Below, piece by piece: positions 53,452 to 64,000 of a stretch of 64,000 nucleotides of DNA. The stretch covers positions 7,191 to 71,190 of the forward strand of contig NIVC01003891.1 of the NCBI GenBank assembly GCA_002269645.1, written 5' to 3'. The first letter of the stretch is position 1. Each line of letters begins with the position of its first letter. The notes under the pieces are model-generated. The model was not told where the DNA came from, did not search any database, and saw nothing but the letters and a program-made list of their open reading frames with translations. The stretch comes from Macrostomum lignano (taxonomy: Eukaryota). The position numbers were made by a program, and so were the translations under genes.

Positions 53452-53862
53452 TCAATTCTGACTGTCCTGTCGACCAGCGACGGCCGTCATGTCGTTATTC
53501 CTAGAAACAATTTGCATCAGGTTGGTGAGGGTCGCCTTGACCAGGCAGGCCTGCACAAGGCTAAACGACAGCATAAACAGGATTCTCATTGTGCTGTGGT
53601 GCGTGACAATGTCCGGATAGCAGGTGACGAGTTTCTCATTGCGATAATAGCTGTGAGAGCAGACGTCGCAGCAGTAGAGAAAGGGGTGGGGATAGGTGGT
53701 GGCCTCGCCGCAGCAGTAGGTCGGACACAGGTAGGACAGGTTCGCCTGGCCGAGGAAATTTTCGTAGCAAATCTCGTCGGCCAGACAGACGGACTTATTG
53801 AGAGTCTGGATAGCTGTCATGCAGATGATGATGAAGCTCTTCGAGTTACGTAATGACTTCAT
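53452..53862 (-). CDS. Putative small secreted/single-pass Cys-rich protein (Shisa-like, C-C-CC-CC pattern), 136 aa
   Basis: MKSLRNSKSFIIICMTAIQTLNKSVCLA|DEICYENFLGQANLSYLCPTYCCGEATTYPHPFLYCC followed by hydrophobic ILFMLSFSLVQACLV. No homology search was possible. Confidence 0.4.
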   Translation of the reverse strand: MKSLRNSKSFIIICMTAIQTLNKSVCLADEICYENFLGQANLSYLCPTYCCGEATTYPHPFLYCCDVCSHSYYRNEKLVTCYPDIVTHHSTMRILFMLSFSLVQACLVKATLTNLMQIVSRNNDMTAVAGRQDSQN

Positions 53863-54853
53863 TTTTGTCCGTATTCCAATGAGTTCTTTCAACTGCAAAC
53901 TCTAAACGTTTCGCTACTTTCTAGAGTATCTGTTTGACTTATATTTAGTTTTTAAGCTTTTTAGTCTGTGGCTCTAATTCTATTCGCTATTCACAGGAGG
54001 GCTGTGCATGAGTGCACCCGACTACCGAGCTCACACGCTCACACGGGGTGTACAGCTGGCGGCCCTGACTTTCTATAATCGTCATACATGATCTACTCTT
54101 CTTGTGCCTTGCGGGGGGTTGGCCTTCAATGGGTGTGAATCGCCCGATCGACAGCCCCGGACCAAATTTGGTGCACAATCCCAAATCAACGATCAGGCCG
54201 CGCGTGCACCCGGAATAGAAGCAGTAGGAGCGGGAGTCAGACGCGCTTAACGCTGAGTTGCTCTGCCCGGCCCTCCCTCATTCTATGTTGCAGATTGCTT
54301 ATTTAGTCTTAGGGGTATTTTTATATCAATTTGAAGAACTTTCGCTCCAACCTAAAATCCAACAGACAAAAGCAATCATCTTATTAGAGGCAGGGGGTTG
54401 TGTGCACCCTTGCGCACTTTAAGCGACATAGGCACACAACCGGCGAGAGGCATTACTGCCCATTCCGCCGACTCCCCTGAGCAGGCATACAAGCGCGCGG
54501 ATACGTACGCAGGCACACACTCACACAAGAGTGTACAGCGGCCCTAACTTTATATTATCGTTAGGCATGTACACTTCACTGCGCCTTGGGGGGTTGGCTC
54601 TCAAGGCCGTTAATTGCACGAGCAGAGCCAAGCCGAGATTCCAATTCAGCCCCAATTTATGTAACTGCACTTGGAATCGAGCCTGGGTCGCTGGCACACC
54701 AGAGCAGCTGCGCTACCGCTGGGCTACGGCCCCCAAAAAGCAATCCTCCCAATTGTTATTCCGAAATCAACAAGAAAGTCGGACGATTACTATATAGCTA
54801 GTTTACCTAATAGAGCAGGGGCAAGGACTACTCAAGTAACATATATTTAAATA

Positions 54854-54958
54854 ATAAACGCCGTTTAATTCACATTCTGTGGTTAGAATGTCCGAGGACC
54901 ATTGATTGTAGCCGAGGATATTCTAACCACAGACTATGGTGAATTAAGCGGCGTTTAT
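54854..54958. other. 105-bp near-perfect inverted repeat (hairpin)
   Basis: ATAAACGCCGTTTAATTCAC..TCTGTGGTTAGAATGTCC pairs with GGATATTCTAACCACAGA..GTGAATTAAGCGGCGTTTAT. Confidence 0.8.
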
Positions 54959-55196
54959 CATATATGAACTTCGATATCTTATTTTTCGGGGGCATCCCAT
55001 CTGATTGATAGACATTATAGGCTTAGGCCATTTGATTCCGACCATAGACAAATCAAATACGTTTCTCACAAAGATGCAGTCACGAAGCAGCCAGTCAATC
55101 AGTGGTGGCAAAAAGTAAAAGCCAAATTCAGAGTCGCTTCTTCTTCAAAATAGAATCAAAAATACAATATGGAAGGACGCAACACTCGAAATCTAT

Positions 55197-55804
55197 GGTA
55201 AATGTTTTGAAGGCAACTTTTCGCCGAAAAATACACTACAGAGATAGGAGGTTTTAATTTTTTTCAGCACAAAAATTGTTACTGCTTTCGATAGTAGAAA
55301 GACCCAATGTTCATCTTTTGATATGCTGTGCCTTTCTTTTAGCTCTATTGATATTCATGAAGCTTCTTGTTCAGAAAATTAGGATTCTATGCTAATGTTT
55401 TATTCTACGTACATCCTGTACCTAAAAATAAAAAAATGCATGGCACTGCTCCAAACTTTGGTTCTATGAATCTATTTTATCATCTCTGTTACACATATTG
55501 TTACACAGTCAGCTAAGAATAACAAAATGGATTCATAAAACCAATGAGCTGAGCCGTGCCATTTTGATGATTTTTAGGCACAGGAGACATGCAAATGTAC
55601 GTAGAATAAGAATTGAACATTGAATCCTAATTTTCTGAACAAATGCTTTATGAATATCAATAGAGCTATAAGAAAGGCACAACATATCAAAAGATGAACA
55701 TTGGGTCTTTCTCCTATCGAAAGCAATAACAATTTTTGTGCTGAAAAAATTAAAACCTCCTATCCCTGTAGTGTATTTTTCGGCTTGCCTTCAAAACATT
55801 TACC
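55197..55804. mobile_element. ~610-bp foldback/MITE-like element
   Basis: GGTAAATGTTTTGAAGGCAA..AAAAATACACTACAG..ATAGGAGGTTTTAATTTTTTCAGCACAAAAATTGTT..GACCCAATGTTCATCTTTTGATATG.. is mirrored at 55590-55804. No clear TSD. Confidence 0.8.
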
Positions 55805-55821
55805 CTTGAGTTGTCCTTGAG

Positions 55822-56068
55822 CAGGGGTCGGCAAACTCCGGCCTGCGAAGCCGATCTCTATCCGGCCCTCGGGTCCTTTGAAACTTCACCAATATAGCAA
55901 CCCGGCCCGCTCAAGATTGACATCTTTTCTCAGCTCTCTTTCTGTTTCCTTCTCCATTGTCTTACATGTACGAGTATCGCTCTTCTCCGTTCTCGTCTTA
56001 TCTTTTCTCTCATTCATTAATTCATATCTTATCTATCCGATCCTTGTTATCTCCTTTCTCCTGTAGAG
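55822..56068 (+). mobile_element. hAT/Charlie-like 5' terminus fragment plus CT-rich interior
   Basis: It begins CAGGGGTCGGCAAACT.CGGCC, the typical Charlie/MER58-type terminus. No matching right terminus was found. Confidence 0.5.
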
Positions 56069-56145
56069 CTTCTCAGCAGACAGCATCCAATGCGGATTCG
56101 AACTCCTGTGAGCTGCATTGTCCTCAGCTGCATGACAGGTTGCAG

Positions 56146-56428
56146 CCAATCGGATTGCCGCCGATTTCTGTATAAATATCTAGCATTACCGTGCAGTCAG
56201 ATTCCTGCTGCACTGCAGGTAGAGACAACTTCTATATGCAGAGGAGACCTCCGACTCAAGCTCCACTCTCAGTGCAACTCCTGTCGCTCGCTCTGATTCG
56301 GACCAGCACTCGCAAACGAAGACTGCCAGCTAGCTAAGTGAAAGAAGGGACGAAACAGAAGAGAACTAAAAGGAACAAATTGACAGCCAGCCATCCGTTC
56401 AGCCGCTGCACACGATCGCCTTGGCCCG
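56146..56428 (+). promoter_or_regulatory. Candidate promoter (CCAAT 56146, TATAAATA 56171) and non-coding first exon (donor GTGAGT 56429) of the neuropeptide gene
   Basis: Motif spacing, plus a matching acceptor TCCATGCAG at ~57413 just upstream of the ATG. Inference only. Confidence 0.35.
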
Positions 56429-57430
56429 GTGAGTGCCCTAACGGCCCCGACGGAAATTATAACCGTAGATGTCCCCAGCGGGTTTCTTCGGTAGCTATGC
56501 GGTAGCAGATTGATTAATCCGCCTTATTTCTGGCAACGCGAGTTAATGTCCGCAAAACAGGACGCATTAGCCTCAATAATGGTGATAAAAATCACATTTA
56601 TATCGAAGCCTACAGCGCGGCAACTTTTTTATGGTTGAGCAATGCCAAGAAATCAGAATGTTATTGCTTTCACTGCATCAGAACACGTGCATTTCCACCT
56701 TTGAATTATGAATATCCCGGATACCGAATCGGCCATAGCCTTGCATTTCTTCCTAAAGTTATGCCTTTGCTTTTCAATCAAAGCCACAGACAGAAGCAGA
56801 TAATAAGATACCGTTATAAAATTCCATTTTGGAGTCATTTGGGCACAAGACAGCAATAACATCGCCAAAACGACTTGGCTTCTTATGAATCATGCAGGTG
56901 TTGGGGCCGCGGGTACAGACTGCATGGCAGTCGACTCAAGATAGGCAGCAGCAGCAACTAGAGAGCGAGTTCTGCGAGCAAGGTTTCATTCGTACGAGTA
57001 TAGACAATAGATATATTCAGGTGAAGCTCAGGTGGGGCTGCCTGCATGGGAAGTTATCCTACAGGTCACAGGAGGCATCCATACGGCAGACTGCAGTACC
57101 CAGTTGGCAGGAATGTTCCCAGGCAAGCAATCGCTGTTAAACAGCAGCAGTTGTTTGCTAGCAGAGCACGACAGGATCGATTTTAAGAATTCTGCTAGCG
57201 GAACACTTATCCCGTATCCGAGCACAGCTCTAGATGAGGCTTTGATAGACAGTTTTCTTTTCATTCATCGCTCGAAAAATTGAGTGTAGCTAATACACTC
57301 GTTACAATATAGAAATGTTAAGAATCCACGGGATAAAAATATAAAACACAAGAGAAATCACAAATCTACTAGCCTAGATTCTTACGAGCACATTGAACAT
57401 TTCATCCATGCAGAGCCGGCCCCGTCTGCT

Positions 57431-58224
57431 ATGATGCTCAAGCTGTGCCTGTTTCTGCTAATGCCGATGGTCTGGGGAACTGGTGACGCGATGCCACAAA
57501 AATTACCGACTGACGAAGCCGGATCGACCAGCCGACGGAGCATTTTCTCTGGCGTTCTCGGCAAGCGCTCGGAGCCCATTGCTATCCCAATTAAAGCTTT
57601 GCTGCCGCAGGAGGAAGACGATTCAAAGCTAATTGAGGGATTGGAAGACGTCGCTATTGTTCCACAATCGAAAAAGCGAGAAGCTAATTCTGGAAATAGA
57701 GATATGTACTCTGGACTTCTTGGAAAGAAAGCAGTGTACTCCGGCCTGCTCGGGAAGCGAGCGATGTACTCCGGGCTTCTTGGAAAGCGAGATATGTACT
57801 CTGGACTTCTTGGAAAGAAAGCAATGTACTCCGGTCTGCTCGGAAAGCGAGCGATGTACTCTGGACTGCTCGGAAAGCGAGCGATGTACTCTGGACTGCT
57901 CGGAAAGCGAGCGATGTACTCTGGACTGCTCGGAAAGCGAGCGATGTACTCTGGACTGCTCGGAAAGCGAGCGATGTACTCTGGACTGCTCGGAAAGCGA
58001 GCGATGTACTCTGGACTGCTCGGAAGCGAGCGATGTACTCCGGCTTGCTCGGGAAGCGAGATATGTACTCCGGACTTCTTGGAAAGCGAGATATGTACTC
58101 TGGACTTCTTGGAAAGCGAGATATGTACTCCGGACTTCTTGGAAAGCGAGCTATGTACTCTGGACTTCTTGGAAAGCGAAGCGGCTCCTTCGCTTCAAGC
58201 AAGGAGAACAATATTCGTGACTGA
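57431..58224 (+). CDS. Neuropeptide precursor: signal peptide, 1x SIFSGVL-amide and 16x (A/D)(M/V)YSGLL-amide; 1-bp deletion at ~58024
   Basis: Signal peptide MMLKLCLFLLMPMVWGTGDA; 30-bp units encoding xMYSGLL-G-KR/KK (amidation Gly plus dibasic site). Restoring one A in GGAAGCGA (58022-58029) joins the 57431 ORF to the 58033-58224 frame (~264 aa). Confidence 0.93.
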
Positions 58225-58285
58225 ACAATATTCGTGACTGAACAATATTCGTGACTGAACAAGATTCGTGACTGAACAATATTCT
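58207..58285. repeat. 17-bp repeat (AACAATATTCGTGACTG) x4-5 overlapping the precursor stop codon
   Basis: Tandem copies seen directly. Confidence 0.9.
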
Positions 58286-58731
58286 TAGTTGCGTCCGAGA
58301 ATTCGCAAAGATTTAGAATTAAAAAACGAATATTCTTAATTTAAAAACAAACTTAAGAACTTAAAAAAGCAAATAAGTCTAGCAAATAGATAAGAACTTC
58401 GTCAAATACAGTCGCAAGAGCAGACCCGCTTTAGAAAATCAGACACCCAGCGCACGGCGCCGAATTCCCAAAAATAAAATTTATTTTACTTCTTGCAAAA
58501 AATTGAACAGGAGTTTTTCCAGTATTGACTCTTTGTTGATATTAATTAATTAAAATTTTTTAAGCATGGCTGATTATAGCCAAAATCTCGGCAACGATGT
58601 GCATTGAAGCCGTGCCTATGCAGTGCACATATATTTATTAAACGAGTAGACATACATTTTGAGACAGGTGGCGATGCACTTATTGTTGCACACTCAGACA
58701 AGTTCTTCACTGGAATATAAGTTGGCAGGTA

Positions 58732-59723
58732 CGAGGATGATCAAAAAGGTTTGTCACTGCTAAATTTTTCAGTACATGGAAGTTTTTAAAATTTGATTTC
58801 AGGTGTTACTACAAACACATTGTTCCATAATTGGGGAAAACTTTTTGCAGCTTTTCCTTCTCAGCTCAAGATCTCGTAGTTCTTTTCATCTCGAAAGAAA
58901 TCGAAGCCCGTGGAAGCTGCGGCATCATCTGATGGATTGATGAACCACGCAGTGGGCGACTTAAGGACCTCTACCACCAGCCAGACTGCCGTTGAGCATG
59001 TCAGACGAAGACAGGCTGAAGTAGCAGAAGCCTGTGGCATCAATTATGGCAGTGCGCAGTCCATCCTGACCATCCAACTTGGAATGTCAAAATTGTGTGC
59101 GAGGTTGGTGCCAAAAGTAGGTACAAGCATGCCAACAGCTGCTCCACCTGATGCAGTATCGCCGAGACACACAAGTTTCTGGACTCTATCCTGACTTTTG
59201 TTCTCATTCATTGTTATCCCTTCATGAGTCGGAGGCTAAAGTCTAGAGTATGCAGTGGAAGCGCTACGATGAAGCCACTCTGCTGAAGGCCAAGACAGTG
59301 TAGTGTCATCGAGGAAGAAAATAATGAGCAATATTTTCTGGGATCGACAGAGTGCTGCAGATTGAGTGCACTACGCCACATTGCGCCAGCTCAGGGCCAT
59401 CAAAGAGAAGAGGCTTGTGGTAAGGTCACTAAGGTCACCGTGTAATTTCCTTGCCTCCGTCGGATTTCTGTTTCCAACTTTAAAGAATTCGCTGCTGGGC
59501 CAACACTGAGCTCCAGTGATTGGGCTGGCTTCCTCAGTGAACCAGTGGTGCAAACACCAGGAGGAGTGGTATTTAGAAGGCAGTTAAGTGCCGATTGCTG
59601 CGTCAAGTACGTGTCAACTGCATGGAAACTTGGATGGAAATGTTCAGGAAGTTTGACAATCGCATTGTTGTTTAATTTGTTTCCAGTTAATATTCCCAGT
59701 GACAGCTTTTTTATCGTCCCTCA
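58732..59723 (+). mobile_element. Decayed, internally deleted mariner (Tc1/mariner) element
   Basis: TA-flanked TIRs: TA|CGAGGATGATCAAAAAGGTTTGTCACTG versus the reverse complement of the right end TA|TGAGGGACGATAAAAAAGCTGTCACTG. Broken transposase motifs DEPRSGR, EVAEACGINYGSAQSIL..LGMSKLCARLVPK (WVPHEL-like), MQWKR..KAKTV and IFWD. Confidence 0.85.
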
Positions 59724-59756
59724 TAAAGCTAGCTTACATGCCAGCCGGTTTACAGC

Positions 59757-60212
59757 ACAGATACTAAAATAACCAGATGGGCCACTCAGGCATATATACT
59801 TAGTAAATCAGCTTTCTACTTTCAGTTCAGTAGCAAAGAAGAATGCATAAGCTATTTTATAAAAAGGCAGCTGAAACGACTAACAAGTTTAGAAGCCCAA
59901 GCTTGCAGGCGTAAAGAATTTGCTAATTGGTTTAGCAATAATGTACATTAGCCAGTCCACTGAAATGTACATGGCAGCTTTAGGCTGGAATTCCGAGGAA
60001 TACAATAAAAATTGGGGCGGGGCGGGGGGCAGTGTAGAAAGGCGCGGTTTAAGGTTTTAAACTGGGGGCCCAGGAGGGTGGTAAGAGCCAATAAATGAGC
60101 CTTGTCTTTAAAAATACATTAAAATGCTTCTGTTTAACATACTACTGAACTGAAAGTAGCTTACACGCAAATGTGCTGAGTGGCCCATCTAGTTATTCTA
60201 GTATCTGTGGTT
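59757..60212. mobile_element. ~450-bp MITE-like relic with ~75-bp inverted arms
   Basis: CAGATACTAAAATAACCAGATGGGCCACTCAG..CTACTTTCAGTTCAGTAG versus CTACTGAACTGAAAGTAG..CTGAGTGGCCCATCTAGTTATTCTAGTATCTG. Confidence 0.65.
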
Positions 60213-60484
60213 TACAGATGCCTTAATACTATAATATTAATCTGGATAGCAATGATGCTTAATTGATAAAAAACATTTTAACTTTAGGAGGCGATAAATT
60301 TTGGGCACTAGTAGTGATCAACGGGTTTTTAAAGGAAAATTTATTAAACTGGACAGCATGAGGAACAGGGTGAACTAAAACATTATTTTTGCCACTAAAT
60401 ACATAAAATATAATTAGCAACGTTTTTCTCACACCCCTACTCCAAGTAGTTTTTCTACCATTAGTTGTAACATAATAATAATTG

Positions 60485-63400
60485 TTAGAGGACATAAAAG
60501 AGTTCGTGCCGCTTATAACTGTTCTTATCGTCGTCTGGTACGCTGGGATAGCCGCTGACCAAACAGTCGGGATTGCCAATGTATACTGTGTTGTACACCT
60601 TCCACATCATGTCGCGCACCTTCCTAGCCGGATGGAACAGGCCAGCCAGGCAGTACTGCAGCACCCGGGTGTGGCCCAGGCTGACCCGGCAGCCTTCAAC
60701 AACGGACATGAATGCTTGCACAACGTGCGGCGATGTTTCAAACACGTTTGGCCAGGCAAAATTAAGCAGGTGAGTGAGCGCGTCCTCGCAGCCGAAACCG
60801 TACACACCCAGAGCCATGTGGCCGATGGTAAACATGGCTGTCTGCCTGTGCACGAGGTCCCTGTCCATCAGGGCGTCCTCCAGCAGAGGGACCACCGCGT
60901 AAACGTAGTCCTTGCCCATCTCGCCGATGTATTCAAACATGAATGAAAGCGATTTCAGTACACCGTTTTGAACGTTAAGCTCAGGTACGCGGTACTCGTT
61001 CATTAGGCCAGGCAATACGGTGAACGGCGAGCAGTTCTCAGCGACAATAGCGATGGCCACTGTTGTGCAGACACGGTTCTGGCGTTCTTGCACCTGCGGA
61101 TGGGTTGGATAGGGGTTGAAACAGCGATTCTTTGATTCTGTTTTTGGACGAGATTTAAAGATGGATTCTCAACTACTCAGAAAAAAAGCCTTTTAAGACC
61201 ATATTTTATCAACTTACTACTTATTAAGTAGCTAGAAGACAACAAAAAACGGTGACACTCCAAGAAAATAAAACTTAATGGTATGATTTAACATATATTA
61301 GCTACAGGAATTGAGTAGTCGTAGGCCTCGAGCTACATAATATTCAAGTACAAAGTGTCTCGTTAAGCAAGCAATATCGGCCTCACCTTGAGATTATTGA
61401 GCAGAGTTGCCAGCACATCATGCGGACCAATAGCTTTGGCAATGTAGCCGAACGTGTTAACTGTGGCCCGTCTGATACTCTTCTTGTGCGCCTTGAGCAA
61501 TTCGAGCAGCTCGAAACAGATGCGCATCCACTCCTTGACGCTGACGAACTCGGAGCCGCGGTCGGCGATGCGGCCAACCAGGTCGATGCAGTTCTCCTGC
61601 ACTTTCTCGTGCCGGTTCTTTAGAATAGGCGTCAGCCTAGGAAGCAGATCTTTGATTGGCGGCGTCATCTTGTTCATCCCGATGACATTCACGATGGCTT
61701 TCAATGCGCCTAGAATCGAGCCTAGGACTTCCGGGTACTCCTCGCCGAGGTACTCGTACAGCACAACGCCAAGATGGCCCATCAAGCGCTCCTCCTGACA
61801 GGCTTTCATAACGCCAGCTATGCGGCTAATGAGATCGGCCACCTGTTGGCGCACTTTGGCCGACTTGTTGTTCAGGCGCCAGAGAATGTTGCCGCAGATC
61901 TGGGGCAGGTAGGGCTTCACCCGCTTGCCCAGAGCGTTCACCAGGGTGCCGAAGCCGTTCAGCATCACAGCGTCCTCGTTTGTCTGCTCCGAGAAGGCGA
62001 ACATTACGCCATCGATTAGCTGTTCTTCGAGACGCGAGTCAACCTCAGTGGCACCCAGATTGTTGAGCACCTTCTCAACCGTATCCATGACCATTTTGCG
62101 ATACTGCTCAGATGGCTCTTTGAGATCGTCCACAATTCGATTGAGAATCTCTGCCGAACCAACTTTGTTGGCAATCTCGACTGTGGTGTCCACCAATTGG
62201 CGGTAGTTCCGCCTGTCCGAGGCCATCTTCTGTGTCCAGAAGTGCTTGAAAAATGACGGCAAAATGTCTTTCTTGATGTAAGCCGGCTCAACACCCTCGG
62301 TGGAGCAGCACTGTTTCACTACTTTGAGCACAATTTTCTTCATCTCTTCGTCAGGCGACTGGAACTCGCGGATTAAGATGAGCATAACCTCGCGAGTATA
62401 ATAATTGGCGTACTCAGCGTCCATTAAGGGAATGAGGTAGCCAATGGCTTTGAGAAAAGCGGCCAGACCTTTGCCTCGGTGGGTACGGATGCCTTTCCAT
62501 AGCGGTTTGAGCACGGTATCAAATGACTCAATGCCGTAGGGCGTGGCGGACTCGGCCAGAGCTGCCAGAGCCAGAGCGGTGATAGTTCGCACCTTCTGCT
62601 GCTCGTCAACCAGGCCCAGTTCGATAATTTCAACTAGAGAGCGCAGATGCGGCAGCACAGCGCAGCCCATCAGGATGGAAATCTGTTGCACTATTTTGAT
62701 ACCAGTGTGCCTGGCCTGCCAGCTGCGCTTCGACTTGCACACGGCCTTGAGAAACAATAGCAGACTGGGAATGCCTAGCGCTGAGGCCACCACAGCGAAA
62801 GCTCTGGCCGTGGTGTTACGCACGTATTCGTCCATGTTCTCCAGATCCGGACGCATTGTGGTGATCATGGTTGCCAGGCCGGCCGCTTTGGCCAGGTTAG
62901 AAATAATCTCGCGGCCTTCTACGCGAGCATAATAGTCTTCATCGATGAGCAGCGGCTCAATCACTACCAGGATTTTGTGGACGAACGGCCGCACCAAATC
63001 GTCCAGCTTGTAGAGCACCCGGTCAATCACTTTCACAAGCAGGTGGCGCTCCTGATCCTCCAGTGTCGGCGACATCAACAGCGGCAGGATCTGATTGAAG
63101 AGCGGGCCGGCACCGAACTCTCTGGACTTCTCGGTGATCTGGCGGAGCGCGGATTTGCGCATCGGTGGCGTGCCGTTTTTGATCTTCAACAGCAGAGTCA
63201 TAATACGACGCCCGCAGCTCATCGGCCGACAGGCTGTCCTCGTCAACATCGGTGAGCAGCTTGTCGAAGTACTGCATATCGTCGGGCTTCAGCATTGGCA
63301 GATTGGGCCTTTAGGCTGCATATCCGCCAAGGCTGTGCCCGTAGACGTCCGAACATCCGGCGTGGCCATCTTGAAGCCGCCGGGCGTCGTCAGCGGAGTC

Positions 63401-64000
63401 GGCGTTGCAGTCAAACGACGCGGCGTTCGCAGCGGCACATAACCGGCCGCGGAGCCAGCACCTTGTAGCCTTCGGCAGCATGGCATCCAGATCTTCGTCA
63501 GAGAGCGGCCGGTTGCGGTCATCCAGCTCCTTCTGCGCGGAGAATATCTGCATCTGCTCCGGGGTCATGGCGGCGGCTGCAACTGCTGCACTGGGCGTGG
63601 CCATCTCCATTGCCTTCACGCCATCGGAGTCACCCCGCTTGGGGTCATGACTCCGCCAGGTGTAAAACCGCTCGGCGTGGCCGACGCCGGCGTTGCTACG
63701 CTCGGCGTTGCGTCGGCGACATTTGACGGCGTCTCGCCGGGCGTCTCGTCCCAACGCGAGCGCCGCTTGCCAGCCTGGCGTCTCCTGAATCAGGTCGGCG
63801 CGGTCCGGTCCGCGCGCGGCGTCTCGCCCCAGCCACCGGGAGTCGCTTCGTCCCATCTATTTCGCCGGCCCATTGGTGTTGTAGCCGACGGCGTGGCGTC
63901 GAAGTGGCCGGCGTTTCACGAGTTGACATATGTACGGGCGTCTCCGCCCACTGCCGCTCGTTGAATTGCCCGGTGCCAGGCGTGGCGTCGCCGCCGCTGA
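60485..64000 (-). CDS. SF3B1: Splicing factor 3B subunit 1 (exons 61093-60485 and >64000-61387; 5' end outside window; several frameshifts at 63200-63920)
   Basis: Near-identity to SF3b155 HEAT repeats ([88 protein letters not shown]), with TP-rich RWDETP motifs upstream. Intron 61386-61094 is GT-AG, phase 0. Confidence 0.97.

Noticed and set aside
56092-56106. Minus-strand GGAGTTCGAATCC B-box, possible tRNA
   Set aside because: No paired T-stem, A-box or cloverleaf could be built.
57633-58262. Alternative-frame ORFs overlapping the neuropeptide repeats (CTLDCSESER, AFRAVQSTSL)
   Set aside because: Shadow frames of the 30-bp coding repeat; only the MYSGLLGKR frame has a signal peptide and processing sites.

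Overview
Intron-containing eukaryotic (animal) genomic DNA with GC-rich exons and a different minisatellite in most introns. The style suggests a free-living flatworm such as Macrostomum, but that is inference. No prokaryotic features (CRISPR, operons) are present. Genes I can assemble with frame-consistent GT-AG junctions: eIF6 (+), an unnamed PH-domain/coiled-coil gene (+), a synaptotagmin-4/11 orthologue (-), MORN1 (-, both ends unresolved), a multi-copy amidated neuropeptide precursor (xMYSGLL-amide x16, +, one frameshift) and SF3B1 (-, 5' part runs off the window and carries several probable sequencing indels). A small Cys-rich Shisa-like ORF is tentative. Mobile DNA: an intact, apparently very recent Ty3/gypsy (Mag-like) LTR retrotransposon, a decayed mariner and several foldback/MITE relics. 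The most unusual structure is an ~8.7 kb non-coding element (9903-18603). It has imperfect inverted termini, sits inside a split (TCTG)n array, and carries a higher-order array of about 40 palindrome+hairpin units (~87 bp) alternating with ten ~235-nt cassettes bounded by splice-like signals, downstream of a CCAAT/TATA-like promoter. Most long ORFs in the supplied track are artefacts of tandem repeats.
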